A stretch of 64,000 nt of DNA from positions 66,472 through 130,471 of the forward strand of contig NSIM01000001.1 of assembly GCA_002737705.1 (NCBI GenBank). The letters run 5' to 3'. The position numbers were made by a program, and so were the translations under genes. This DNA is from Flavobacteriales bacterium (GTDB taxonomy: Bacteria; Bacteroidota; Bacteroidia; NS11-12g; UBA955). Positions 1 through 9,170 of the stretch are shown piece after piece. The stretch's first letter is position 1; each line of letters starts with the position of its first letter. Under the pieces are notes generated by a model. It ran no database searches. It was not told where the DNA came from and was given only the letters and a program-made list of their open reading frames with translations.

Positions 1-408
1 GGCAGTGGGGGGATTCCTGTTCCTCCAGGGTATGCTTCGGTAGATGCGTTTCTGGCAATAGAGGGTAAAAAGATTGCTGAATACCGCAAAAAAGGGATCG
101 AGGTAATCGGTCATATTTTAACCGAAATACCTGAAAATGTTATGCCAATGCGCAAGGAGTATAAGGCAGACTATGGATTGGTTTTATTAGAATTAGGAGA
201 TACGAAGACAGCCAAAAAGACACTGGATTTGGCCGTAAAAGATTGTACACAATACGCCAGGTATTTTGTGCGTTGGGAGGACGAGACATTTGGTGCTAGG
301 GAAGTCCAATCGAGTCGTGAAACCCTTAAGGGAATCATTGATGGTTGCAATCAACTGGGACGCAAAGACTGGGCTGCCGAGTTCACGAAACTCAGTAAGG
401 GTATTTAA
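1..408 (+). CDS. 3' end of a gene truncated by the window edge; possibly the C-terminus of a DUF2723-type membrane protein
   Basis: Frame 1 is open from base 1 (GSGGIPVPPGY...) to TAA at 408. The family guess is a recollection from the helical C-terminus and position upstream of rlmB only. Confidence 0.45.
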   Translation, partial: GSGGIPVPPGYASVDAFLAIEGKKIAEYRKKGIEVIGHILTEIPENVMPMRKEYKADYGLVLLELGDTKTAKKTLDLAVKDCTQYARYFVRWEDETFGAREVQSSRETLKGIIDGCNQLGRKDWAAEFTKLSKGI

Positions 409-446
409 TCTATTAACAGAGTTTCTCAAAAGAGGAAAAAACGGGT

Positions 447-1199
447 ATGGAATTTAAGCAGAAAGACGTTTTTGTACACGGGATACACCCGGTTTTAGAG
501 GCTTTACAATCAGGAAGAACCATCGACAAGGTATGGCTTCAGGAAGGTGTATTGCAGGGACAGTTGAAAGACTTACTTCCCCTCTTTAGGGCAAGGAATA
601 TTATTTGGAAGCAAGTTCCCATGGCCAAATTAAACAGTTTGGTGAGGGGGAATCACCAAGGGGTTGTAATATCTGTAAGTGCTGTTGACTTTGCGAATCT
701 AGACGCCGTGGTTGCTGGTGCATTTGAAGCCGGAGAGGACCCTTTTATTTTGATATTAGACGGGGTTACCGATGTTCGAAATTTTGGCGCTATCGCCCGA
801 ACTGCAGCTTGTGCAGGCATTCATGGGATTTTGGTTCCCGAAAAGGGATCGGCACCCTTGAGTCCGGACGCGGTTAGAACTTCTGCAGGGGCCTTGTTGA
901 AAATTCCCGTATGTAGAACACAATCTCTTTATGGGAGTATTAAAGTGCTCAAAAATAGCGGATTGAAAATTGTGGGGGCAACCGAAAAATCGGTAGAGAA
1001 TGTATTTGATGCTGATTTGTCGGGTCCCATTGCATTGATCTTGGGTGATGAAGAAACTGGCTTGAGCCCTGATACATGGAAACTGTGTGATGCACACGTC
1101 AAAATTCCCTTGTCGCCTAATGGCGTTGGCTCTTTGAATGTTTCTGTAGCAACAGGCGTTATTGCCTACGAAGTGGTGAGGCAGCGTCAAAAACAATAA
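447..1199 (+). CDS. rlmB: 23S rRNA (guanosine-2'-O)-methyltransferase RlmB (TrmH/SpoU family)
   Basis: GxHPVxEAL N-terminus, NHQGVV, LDGVTDVRNFGAIART, ILGDEETG, SLNVSVA SPOUT motifs. Confidence 0.93.
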   Translation: MEFKQKDVFVHGIHPVLEALQSGRTIDKVWLQEGVLQGQLKDLLPLFRARNIIWKQVPMAKLNSLVRGNHQGVVISVSAVDFANLDAVVAGAFEAGEDPFILILDGVTDVRNFGAIARTAACAGIHGILVPEKGSAPLSPDAVRTSAGALLKIPVCRTQSLYGSIKVLKNSGLKIVGATEKSVENVFDADLSGPIALILGDEETGLSPDTWKLCDAHVKIPLSPNGVGSLNVSVATGVIAYEVVRQRQKQ

Positions 1200-1224
1200 T
1201 CGCATCATCCGCCCATAAAAAGAG

Positions 1225-1232
1225 TAATTTTG
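1225..1232 (+). promoter_or_regulatory. Bacteroidota -7 promoter box (TAATTTTG) for the degT-ugd-uxs cluster
   Basis: TAnnTTTG consensus in the rlmB-degT gap. Confidence 0.55.
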
Positions 1233-1263
1233 AAAGGGCAATGACAGCAAAATTGACAGGGTC

Positions 1264-2388
1264 ATGACAGGGATTAAAATGGTTGATCTTCAGGCGCAAT
1301 ATGTTCGCTACCAATCTGATATTGATGAAAATGTATTGGCTGTAATGAGAGACGGAGCATTCATTTACGGCCCACAGGTTGCAGAACTTGAAAGGGCCTT
1401 GGCACTGCGTTATAATGTAAGGCATGTTATTGGATGTGCCAATGGAACCGATGCCTTGCAATTGGCTTTTATGGCTTTGGAATTGCCCCAGGGATCTGAG
1501 GTAATAACCCCTTCCTTTTCCTATGCAGCCTTGGCAGAAGTTTTGCTTTTATTGGGGCTGAAGCCCGTTTTTGTTGAAGTAAATCCCGTTACTTTTTTGG
1601 TGGATTTAGGGGCCATTAAAAATGCCATTACCCCCAATACCAGAGCCATTGCCCCGGTGCATTTATTCGGACAGATGGCATCGATGGGGGCTATCATGGA
1701 ATTGGCACACCAACACAATTTATTTGTGGTTGAAGACACTGCCCAATCCATGGGATCGCAGTATTGTTTTAATGGGGAGCATGGGTTTGCTGGAACCATC
1801 GGGCATATCGGCACCACTTCTTTTTTCCCAAGTAAAAACCTAGGTTGTTTTGGAGATGGTGGAGCGATTTTTACCCAAGATGATGCCCTTGCTTCAAAAT
1901 TGAGAATGTTGGCCAATCATGGCCAAAAAGTGAAGTACCAACACGATATTGTCGGTTTAAATTCTAGACTAGATACACTGCAAGCATCAATATTATTGGC
2001 CAAATTGCCCCATCTATTCGAATTTGAACAATCCAGGAATGCAGTGGCAAAACGCTATAATTTGGCATTGAAGAATTGTTCTAGAATTGCGATACCCGAG
2101 AAAAACGCTGAAAGCAGCCACGTGTATCATCAATACACCCTCATTTGTGAAAGCCATGCGCTTCGTGAATCATTGAAAGCGTATTTGGGCAACAATGAGA
2201 TTCCAAGTATGGTCTATTATCCGATACCATTGCACAAACAAAAAGCCTATGCCCAACATGTTGATTTGCCCATTACAGATGACCTTTGTAATCGGGTTCT
2301 TAGCTTGCCAATATGTCCAGAACTGCAGGAAAGTCATCAAGATAAAATAATAAAAACAATCCAAGAGTATTTAGAACAATCACAATAA
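1264..2388 (+). CDS. DegT/DnrJ/EryC1/StrS family PLP-dependent sugar aminotransferase
   Basis: CANGTDAL, PVHLFGQ, EDTAQS, SFFPSKNLGCFGDGG (PLP Lys), NSRLDTLQA. Confidence 0.93.
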   Translation: MTGIKMVDLQAQYVRYQSDIDENVLAVMRDGAFIYGPQVAELERALALRYNVRHVIGCANGTDALQLAFMALELPQGSEVITPSFSYAALAEVLLLLGLKPVFVEVNPVTFLVDLGAIKNAITPNTRAIAPVHLFGQMASMGAIMELAHQHNLFVVEDTAQSMGSQYCFNGEHGFAGTIGHIGTTSFFPSKNLGCFGDGGAIFTQDDALASKLRMLANHGQKVKYQHDIVGLNSRLDTLQASILLAKLPHLFEFEQSRNAVAKRYNLALKNCSRIAIPEKNAESSHVYHQYTLICESHALRESLKAYLGNNEIPSMVYYPIPLHKQKAYAQHVDLPITDDLCNRVLSLPICPELQESHQDKIIKTIQEYLEQSQ

Positions 2389-2392
2389 AGAA

Positions 2393-3700
2393 ATGAATGT
2401 TGCAGTCATAGGTACCGGTTATGTCGGTTTGGTTAGCGGAACGTGTTTTGCAGAAACAGGCAACCGTGTAATGTGTGTTGACATTGATCAACAAAAAATT
2501 GATACGCTCAGGGCGGGTAAAATCACCATTTTTGAGCCTGGTTTAGACATATTGTTTAAGCGCAATTTGAAAGAAGGTCGTTTGTCTTTTACCACCAATC
2601 TTGGTGAGGCAGTGGCAGATGCACAGGTGATTTTTTTGGCTTTGCCAACACCCCCTGGCGAAGGCGGGTCAGCTGATTTGAAATACGTATTGGGCGTAGC
2701 CGACCAATTGGGTAAAACAATGACAGGCTATAAGGTTATTGTTGATAAAAGCACGGTTCCGGTTGGTACTGCCGACAAGGTATATGCCGCCATTGCTGCC
2801 AATTATTCAGGGGAATTTGATGTAGTAAGCAATCCAGAGTTTTTACGTGAGGGTGTTGCGGTGGATGATTTTATGAAACCCGATCGGGTAGTTATTGGAG
2901 CCCAAAGCCAACGGGCTTTTGAAGTAATGGATGAACTTTATGCTCCCTATGTACGTCAGGGAAATCCAGTTATTCACATGGATACCCGAAGCGCCGAACT
3001 GACCAAATACGCGGCGAATAGTTTTTTGGCGACCAAAATATCTTTTATGAATGAGATTGCCCAAATGTGTGAATTGTTGGGAGCCGATGTAGATATGGTT
3101 CGCAAGGGGATAGGCAGCGATGAACGCATTGGAAAGCGTTTTTTATTTCCGGGTATTGGCTATGGTGGAAGTTGTTTCCCTAAAGATGTTCAGGCCTTGG
3201 TATACAGCGCAGACCAAGTAAACTACGATTTTAAGATTTTGAAAGCCGTTGAGGGCGTTAATGCCAGACAAAAAATGGCATTAATACCCAAAATCACAGG
3301 GCATTTTGGAGACATTAAAGGCAAGACGATCGCTGTTTGGGGATTGGCGTTCAAACCCAATACCGACGATATTCGAGAGGCACCTGCCTTGGAAATGATT
3401 GCTGCTTTATTGGAACGGGGTGCATCTATCCAGTGCTATGATCCCGAAGCAATGGAAAATGTGAAACATGTTTTAGGAGATAAAATTCGGTTCTGTGATA
3501 AAGCAAGCAGCGCTTTGGAAGGATCTGATTTTTTGGTAATTGCCACCGAATGGTCAGAATTTCGAAACCCCGATTTTTCCATGATGGCAAGTCACTTGAA
3601 AGAAAAAGTTATCTTCGATGGACGAAATCTTTTTGATTTAGATCAAATGCGCAAACAGGGATTTACGTATTACAGTATAGGCCGCCAGGATATTAAATGA
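2393..3700 (+). CDS. ugd: UDP-glucose 6-dehydrogenase
   Basis: GTGYVG Rossmann motif, [27 protein letters not shown] catalytic Cys, [13 protein letters not shown]. Confidence 0.95.
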   Translation: MNVAVIGTGYVGLVSGTCFAETGNRVMCVDIDQQKIDTLRAGKITIFEPGLDILFKRNLKEGRLSFTTNLGEAVADAQVIFLALPTPPGEGGSADLKYVLGVADQLGKTMTGYKVIVDKSTVPVGTADKVYAAIAANYSGEFDVVSNPEFLREGVAVDDFMKPDRVVIGAQSQRAFEVMDELYAPYVRQGNPVIHMDTRSAELTKYAANSFLATKISFMNEIAQMCELLGADVDMVRKGIGSDERIGKRFLFPGIGYGGSCFPKDVQALVYSADQVNYDFKILKAVEGVNARQKMALIPKITGHFGDIKGKTIAVWGLAFKPNTDDIREAPALEMIAALLERGASIQCYDPEAMENVKHVLGDKIRFCDKASSALEGSDFLVIATEWSEFRNPDFSMMASHLKEKVIFDGRNLFDLDQMRKQGFTYYSIGRQDIK

Positions 3701-4686
3701 AAAGAGACAGGGTATTAATCACCGGTGCTGCCGGATTTTTGGGCAGTCATTTGTGTGATCGTTTTATTAAAGATGGATACCATGTTCTTGGAATGGACAA
3801 TCTTATTACGGGAGATTTGCGCAATATTGAGCACTTGTTTGCTTTGGAACAATTTGAATTTCTCAACCATGATGTAAGTCAATTTGTACATGTTGCGGGT
3901 GATTTGAAATATATTCTTCACTTTGCCTCTCCAGCCAGTCCTATTGATTATCTTAAAATACCAATTCAAACCTTGAAAGTGGGTTCTTTGGGAACCCATA
4001 ATTTATTGGGATTGGCACTGGCCAAGAAGGCGCGTATTTTGGTAGCAAGTACCTCTGAGGTATACGGAGATCCCACGGTGCATCCACAAACTGAAGATTA
4101 TTGGGGGAATGTAAATCCTGTTGGTCCCAGGGGTGTATACGATGAAGCCAAGCGATTTCAAGAAGCCATTACCATGGCGTACCACACGTTTCATGGTCTG
4201 GAAACCCGAATCATTCGTATTTTTAATACCTATGGTCCGAGGATGAGATTAAATGATGGCCGTGTTTTGCCTGCCTTTATGGGGCAAGCACTTCGGGGCG
4301 ATGATTTGAGTATTTTTGGCGATGGTAGTCAAACCCGTAGCTTCTGCTTTGTTGATGATTTGATAGAGGGCATCTGTCGTTTGTTGTTGAGCAATTGTTC
4401 AGATCCAATCAATATTGGAAATCCCAATGAAATTTCAATTTCGCAATTTGCTGAGGAAATAATCAAACTTACCCAAACCCATCAAAAAGTAATTTACAAG
4501 TCTTTGCCAGTAGATGATCCTAAGCAGCGACAACCCAATATTGAAAAGGCAAAAAAAATACTAGACTGGGAGCCCAAAATAGGAAGAGAAGAGGGATTGC
4601 GTATTACTTGGGAGTATTTCAAAAACTTGCCAAGAGAGAGATTATATGAAGATTCCCACCATAGAAATTTCTTAAAGAATGGGTAA
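3697..4686 (+). CDS. UDP-glucuronate decarboxylase (UDP-xylose synthase family SDR)
   Basis: [41 protein letters not shown]; ATGA-type overlap with ugd. Confidence 0.92.
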   Translation: MKRDRVLITGAAGFLGSHLCDRFIKDGYHVLGMDNLITGDLRNIEHLFALEQFEFLNHDVSQFVHVAGDLKYILHFASPASPIDYLKIPIQTLKVGSLGTHNLLGLALAKKARILVASTSEVYGDPTVHPQTEDYWGNVNPVGPRGVYDEAKRFQEAITMAYHTFHGLETRIIRIFNTYGPRMRLNDGRVLPAFMGQALRGDDLSIFGDGSQTRSFCFVDDLIEGICRLLLSNCSDPINIGNPNEISISQFAEEIIKLTQTHQKVIYKSLPVDDPKQRQPNIEKAKKILDWEPKIGREEGLRITWEYFKNLPRERLYEDSHHRNFLKNG

Positions 4687-4717
4687 TTGTTTCAGTGAGT
4701 GTTGTATTTGTTGCTTC

Positions 4718-5761
4718 TTATTGAGCGAGTTGGTTTGCCAATTGACCACAGGCTGCATCGATGTCTTTTCCCCTGCTTCTGCGAATATGTACGATAAGTT
4801 TTTGTTTTTCTAGGCCTGCGGCAAATGCATCCAAACGATTCGTGGGCTGATAGTTGGCTAAGGAAATCGGATTGTATTCGATGAGATTTATTTTTGAAGG
4901 AAACTTGCGGGCAAAAATAACGAGTTCTTTTTCCTCTTCTAATCCATCGTTAACCCCTTCGATTACCGTGTATTCAAGTGTGGGTCGGATGCCTGTTTTT
5001 TCATACCAGTAGGCCAGTGATTCTGCCAGCATTTCCAGAGTGTTGCTTTCATTGATTGGCATAATCGCCGATCGTTTTTTGTTATTTGCTGAGTGAAGGC
5101 TTAATGCAAGATTGGTTTTAATCCCATCATCGGCCAGTTTTTGAATCATTTTGGCGATGCCTGCAGTAGAAATTGTTATTCGTTGAGGACTCATCCCCAA
5201 GCCTTCTGCTGCGCTAATAATGAGCACACTGCGCACTACATTGGCATAATTAAGCAGGGGTTCTCCCATGCCCATATAGACAATATTGTCGAGCCTTTTT
5301 CCATAGTGTTTTTCGGCCAGTTCATTGATAAGCCAAACCTGGTCAAATATTTCGGCACAGCTTAGGTTTCTTTGGCGCTTGAGGTATCCGGTAGCACAAA
5401 ATTTGCAATCCAAGGAACAACCAACTTGAGAGCTTACACAAGCGGTGGTTCGGCTGTGGGTTGGTATTAGCACGCCCTCAATTTTATTGCCATCGTATAA
5501 TTCAAATGCCACCTTAATGGTGCCATCTTTCGAAAATTGGGCTGTGTGTATCGTTGAAATATGAAAATTAAATTCTGCCACAAGTTTCGCCCTCAATGGT
5601 TTGGAGAGGTTTGTCATTTCCTCAAAATTACGTGCGCCTTTCTGCCAAAGCCATTGGAAAATTTGCTTGGCACGATAGGCTGATTCACCCATGCTTTTCA
5701 GCACATCTGTTAAAGATGACAAATCAAGATCGCGGATATCGATTTTTTTTTGTGCGTCCAT
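4718..5761 (-). CDS. rlmN: Dual-specificity 23S rRNA/tRNA m2A methyltransferase RlmN (radical SAM)
   Basis: CVSSQVGCSLDCKFCATG, MGMGEPL, DIDAACGQL; start taken at ATG 5761. Confidence 0.95.
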   Translation of the reverse strand: MDAQKKIDIRDLDLSSLTDVLKSMGESAYRAKQIFQWLWQKGARNFEEMTNLSKPLRAKLVAEFNFHISTIHTAQFSKDGTIKVAFELYDGNKIEGVLIPTHSRTTACVSSQVGCSLDCKFCATGYLKRQRNLSCAEIFDQVWLINELAEKHYGKRLDNIVYMGMGEPLLNYANVVRSVLIISAAEGLGMSPQRITISTAGIAKMIQKLADDGIKTNLALSLHSANNKKRSAIMPINESNTLEMLAESLAYWYEKTGIRPTLEYTVIEGVNDGLEEEKELVIFARKFPSKINLIEYNPISLANYQPTNRLDAFAAGLEKQKLIVHIRRSRGKDIDAACGQLANQLAQ

Positions 5762-5784
5762 GATTGGAGCAGATATCAATTGTA

Positions 5785-7095
5785 TTATTTCTTGCGATAA
5801 AACAAACTGATGGGGATGCCCGTCAGGTTGAATTTTTCCCTCATTTTATTTTCCAAAAAACGGGTATAGCTTTCTGCTACATATTGGGGAAGATTGCAGA
5901 ATAAGGCAAAGGCAACACGCTTACTGGGTAGTTGTGTTACATATTTTATTTTGATGAATTTGCCTTTTTTACTCGGAGGCGGGCTGCTTTCCATCAGGGG
6001 TAACAAGAAATCATTCAAGGCACGGGTTGGAATTTTCAAACTGAGGTTTTCATAGACCTTTAAGATCGTTTCCATGCCCTGAAATACCCGTTGTTTTGTG
6101 AGTGCCGATACATACATGATTGGAACGTCAACAAACGGAGCTATAATTTTTTTAATTTCTTCGGAATAGGCCAAATGGGTATTGCTCTCTTTTTCTACCA
6201 GGTCCCATTTATTTACCAAAATGGCAAGTCCTTTGCCTTGCCGGTGTGCCATCCAGAAAAGATTAAGGTCTTGAGATTCCATTCCCAGGCTTGCATCTAA
6301 AACCAGAACTACAACATCGGCATTCTCAAGGGCACGCAAACTGCGCATAACCGAGTAAAATTCTATATTTTCACTCACTTTACTCTTTCTGCGAATTCCT
6401 GCCGTGTCTATCAATATAAATTCTTTTCCATAGGCCTTGTATTTTGTATCAATACTGTCGCGGGTGGTTCCGGCAATGGTTGTTACAATATTTCGGTCTA
6501 CACCGAGAAGGGCATTGATCAAACTACTTTTTCCTACATTGGGTCGACCTACAATGGCGATCCGTGGGAGATCCTCGATATGGTCTTCGTCTGGTTTCTC
6601 ATCTCTTAGGAATTCTACAACTTCATCTAATAAATCACCTGTTCCACCCCCATTAGCGGCAGATATTTCGTGGAAATGGTCAAACCCCAAAGAATAAAAA
6701 ACGGAAGTTTCCAATCGCAGGCGGTCGTTGTCTACCTTATTCACTGTTAATACCACAGGTTTTTTGCTTTTGCGCAATATGTGTGCAAACTCTTCGTCAA
6801 GGGGATTTACGTCTGTTTGAACATCGACAACAAAGATCAATACTGCGGCTTCTTCTATGGCTATATGCACTTGTTCACGGATGGCCGCTTCGAATGTATC
6901 ATTGCTTTGGGGAACAAATCCTCCGGTATCAATAACGGTAAAATCGATGCCATTCCAATCTGAATAACCATAGTGTCTGTCTCTGGTCACACCGCTGTAA
7001 TCATCAACAATTGCTTTAAACTCCCCTGTTAATCGATTAAAAAGGGTACTTTTTCCTACATTCGGTCGACCTACTATGGCTACAATTCTGCTCAC
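5785..7095 (-). CDS. der: Ribosome biogenesis GTPase Der (EngA)
   Basis: Two GRPNVGKS P-loops, GVTRD/GTTRD, DTGG/DTAG, KH-like C-terminus; GTG start at 7095. Confidence 0.96.
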   Translation of the reverse strand: MSRIVAIVGRPNVGKSTLFNRLTGEFKAIVDDYSGVTRDRHYGYSDWNGIDFTVIDTGGFVPQSNDTFEAAIREQVHIAIEEAAVLIFVVDVQTDVNPLDEEFAHILRKSKKPVVLTVNKVDNDRLRLETSVFYSLGFDHFHEISAANGGGTGDLLDEVVEFLRDEKPDEDHIEDLPRIAIVGRPNVGKSSLINALLGVDRNIVTTIAGTTRDSIDTKYKAYGKEFILIDTAGIRRKSKVSENIEFYSVMRSLRALENADVVVLVLDASLGMESQDLNLFWMAHRQGKGLAILVNKWDLVEKESNTHLAYSEEIKKIIAPFVDVPIMYVSALTKQRVFQGMETILKVYENLSLKIPTRALNDFLLPLMESSPPPSKKGKFIKIKYVTQLPSKRVAFALFCNLPQYVAESYTRFLENKMREKFNLTGIPISLFYRKK

Positions 7096-7102
7096 AAGGC
7101 GG

Positions 7103-7110
7103 CAAAGATA
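7103..7110 (-). promoter_or_regulatory. -7 box TATCTTTG, 7 nt before the der GTG
   Basis: Consensus match; divergent from the folA promoter. Confidence 0.7.
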
Positions 7111-7201
7111 CACAAGCTACTAAGGTTTGGGTTCAGAAGTGTTGAATTTTGCCTTGATAGGCAATGTTTTGCTTCTAATTGTGTTCGGGAATGCGAATTT
7201 G

Positions 7202-7209
7202 TATATTTG
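7202..7209 (+). promoter_or_regulatory. -7 box TATATTTG, 4 nt before the folA ATG
   Basis: Consensus match (TATATTTG accc ATG). Confidence 0.7.
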
Positions 7210-7213
7210 ACCC

Positions 7214-7891
7214 ATGCGAATCTCGATTATCGCGGCCTTGGGGGTCAATTTGGAATTGGGGGCAAACAATGCCCTATTGTGGCACTTGCCAGATGATTTT
7301 TCCTGGTTTATTCAGCATACAAAAGGCAAGCCTTTAATCATGGGGAGAAAAACCATGGAGAGCCTTGGAAAACCTTTAAAAAACAGAACAAATATTGTAT
7401 TAACATCGGCACTGTCAGTCTTGCCTGGGTTTGAAATAGCAGAAAATTGGGACTCCGCCTTGGCCATGGCAAAGGCGTCTATCTTACGTTTACAGACAAA
7501 TACACCTTCGGATAGCCCTGGAATCAAGCCAACGGAAAGCAGCGCAATCTCGCTGAAAAATAGCAATAAAAACATTCATCAAATCCCTACGATCGACCCC
7601 AAGCACATTTCAGGTCAGGGTGATGAAGTCATGGCAAATTCTCCAATAAAGGGATATTCCCCATCAATATTCCCCGAAATAATGATTATAGGGGGAGGTG
7701 AAATCTACAAACAAGCGCTAGACTTTACAAACAGGCTCTATATTACACAAGTAAAAGGAAATTTTCCGCAGGCCGACACCCATTTCCCACCCTGGAGTCC
7801 CCAAGATTGGAAAGAAACCTATCATCAACACCATATTGCCGATGACAAACACAATTTTTCATTTGATTTTCGTGTCTTTGATCGGCGTTAA
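7214..7891 (+). CDS. folA: Dihydrofolate reductase with an internal insertion of about 60 aa
   Basis: LLWHLPDDF, IMGRKTMESL, PLKNRTNIVLT, IIGGGEIY, ADTHFP; 225 aa versus about 160 typical. Confidence 0.92.
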   Translation: MRISIIAALGVNLELGANNALLWHLPDDFSWFIQHTKGKPLIMGRKTMESLGKPLKNRTNIVLTSALSVLPGFEIAENWDSALAMAKASILRLQTNTPSDSPGIKPTESSAISLKNSNKNIHQIPTIDPKHISGQGDEVMANSPIKGYSPSIFPEIMIIGGGEIYKQALDFTNRLYITQVKGNFPQADTHFPPWSPQDWKETYHQHHIADDKHNFSFDFRVFDRR

Positions 7892-8058
7892 TAAAAAACT
7901 TCGGCCAACAAAATCGGGAATAATCAAACTTCTTCGGCCAAAAGTGAGTCATCATTTTTTAAGTCCCCTATATACGCGTATACAAAATGTATGCGTATGT
8001 GGATGGAAAACCAGAGTATCTTTGTTTTGGATATAGATGTAAAATTGCGGGTAAAAAT

Positions 8059-8937
8059 ATGAAAATTGCGGTCTATGCTAAAACACTTAAAGACACCAAG
8101 CACCGAGAAGGATTGGCCGAATTGCTCTCAGTTTTGGGAGAAATGGGCCACGAAATCTCCTTGCCTGCTGCTTTGTTGCCTTTTGCCCAACCCTATATAG
8201 CATCGGGGCATAAAATAGAAGTTTTTTCATCTTTTTCTATGGGGGATGTGATTCCAGACGTATTAATTTGTGTGGGTGGAGATGGAACAATACTAGATAC
8301 ACTTAGTTTCGTTCGCGATTCTGGCCTACCAATTTTGGCACTTAATACAGGCCGATTGGGGTTTTTGGCAGACGTTCAATTGGAGAATTTGCGTCATTCG
8401 ATTGAGGACATTGAAAAAGGAAATTACACCCTTGAGAAAAGGAGTTTACTCCACCTAGAATCCTCCCAACCCCTATTTGATTATAATTTTGCACTCAACG
8501 ACTTTGTGATACACAAAAATGAAACATCGAATATGATTGTGGTTCACACCTTTTTAAATGGCGAGTTTTTAAACAGTTATTGGAGCAATGGATTAATTAT
8601 TGCCACCCCAACTGGAAGTACCGGTTATTCGCTCAGTTGTGGAGGACCAATTGTTTTTCCCAAGAGTGATAGCTTTGTGATCACTCCCATTGCACCCCAT
8701 AATCTCAATGTAAGACCCATTATTATTAAGGATGACAATATCTTGAGTTTTGAAATTGAAGGCCATGAAATGAGTTATCTAGCCAGTTTAGATTCGAGAA
8801 GCAAAAGTATATCTGGTGGAGTCAATTTGGCCATTCGCAAAGCCGATCATGATTTTTATCTGATGCGCTTATCGAATATTCATTTTCTTGATACGCTTCG
8901 CAGTAAACTCAATTGGGGTTTTGATCGAAGAAATTAA
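8059..8937 (+). CDS. nadK: NAD kinase
   Basis: GGDGT, NTGRLGFL, ALND, ATPTGSTGYSLSCGGP, KLNWG; start at ATG 8059. Confidence 0.94.
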   Translation: MKIAVYAKTLKDTKHREGLAELLSVLGEMGHEISLPAALLPFAQPYIASGHKIEVFSSFSMGDVIPDVLICVGGDGTILDTLSFVRDSGLPILALNTGRLGFLADVQLENLRHSIEDIEKGNYTLEKRSLLHLESSQPLFDYNFALNDFVIHKNETSNMIVVHTFLNGEFLNSYWSNGLIIATPTGSTGYSLSCGGPIVFPKSDSFVITPIAPHNLNVRPIIIKDDNILSFEIEGHEMSYLASLDSRSKSISGGVNLAIRKADHDFYLMRLSNIHFLDTLRSKLNWGFDRRN

Positions 8938-9158
8938 TTGGGTCGCCTAAACCCACAATACACCCCAAATACCCAGAATATTACCGGCCCAATCATCTCA
9001 AATCTTAACCCCGTTTTCAATTAAGTACGCAATAGTTGTATCGCCAACTCGTCTGGTTTGGGTGTAGACCAACGGATTCCGGATAAATCGTTTATGATTC
9101 GCACTGCAGTTCTCTCAAGTCCCTTACCGGTATTAATATACTCTTTGGATAAAGCAGG

Positions 9159-9166
9159 TATCTTTG
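9159..9166 (+). promoter_or_regulatory. -7 box TATCTTTG, 4 nt before GTG 9171
   Basis: Consensus match. Confidence 0.65.
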
Positions 9167-9170
9167 TATT

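Noticed and set aside
7636-7650. 15-bp match AAATTCTCCAATAAA with 59346-59360
   Set aside because: AT-rich, does not extend on either side, and a few such matches are plausible by chance in 64 kb.
7971-7982. Palindrome TATACGCGTATA upstream of nadK as an operator
   Set aside because: Single occurrence with no recognised regulator consensus; cannot be supported.
9126-9142. ACCGGTATTnAnATACT similarity with 23772-23788 as a possible repeat family
   Set aside because: Too short and only two copies; flanks do not align convincingly.
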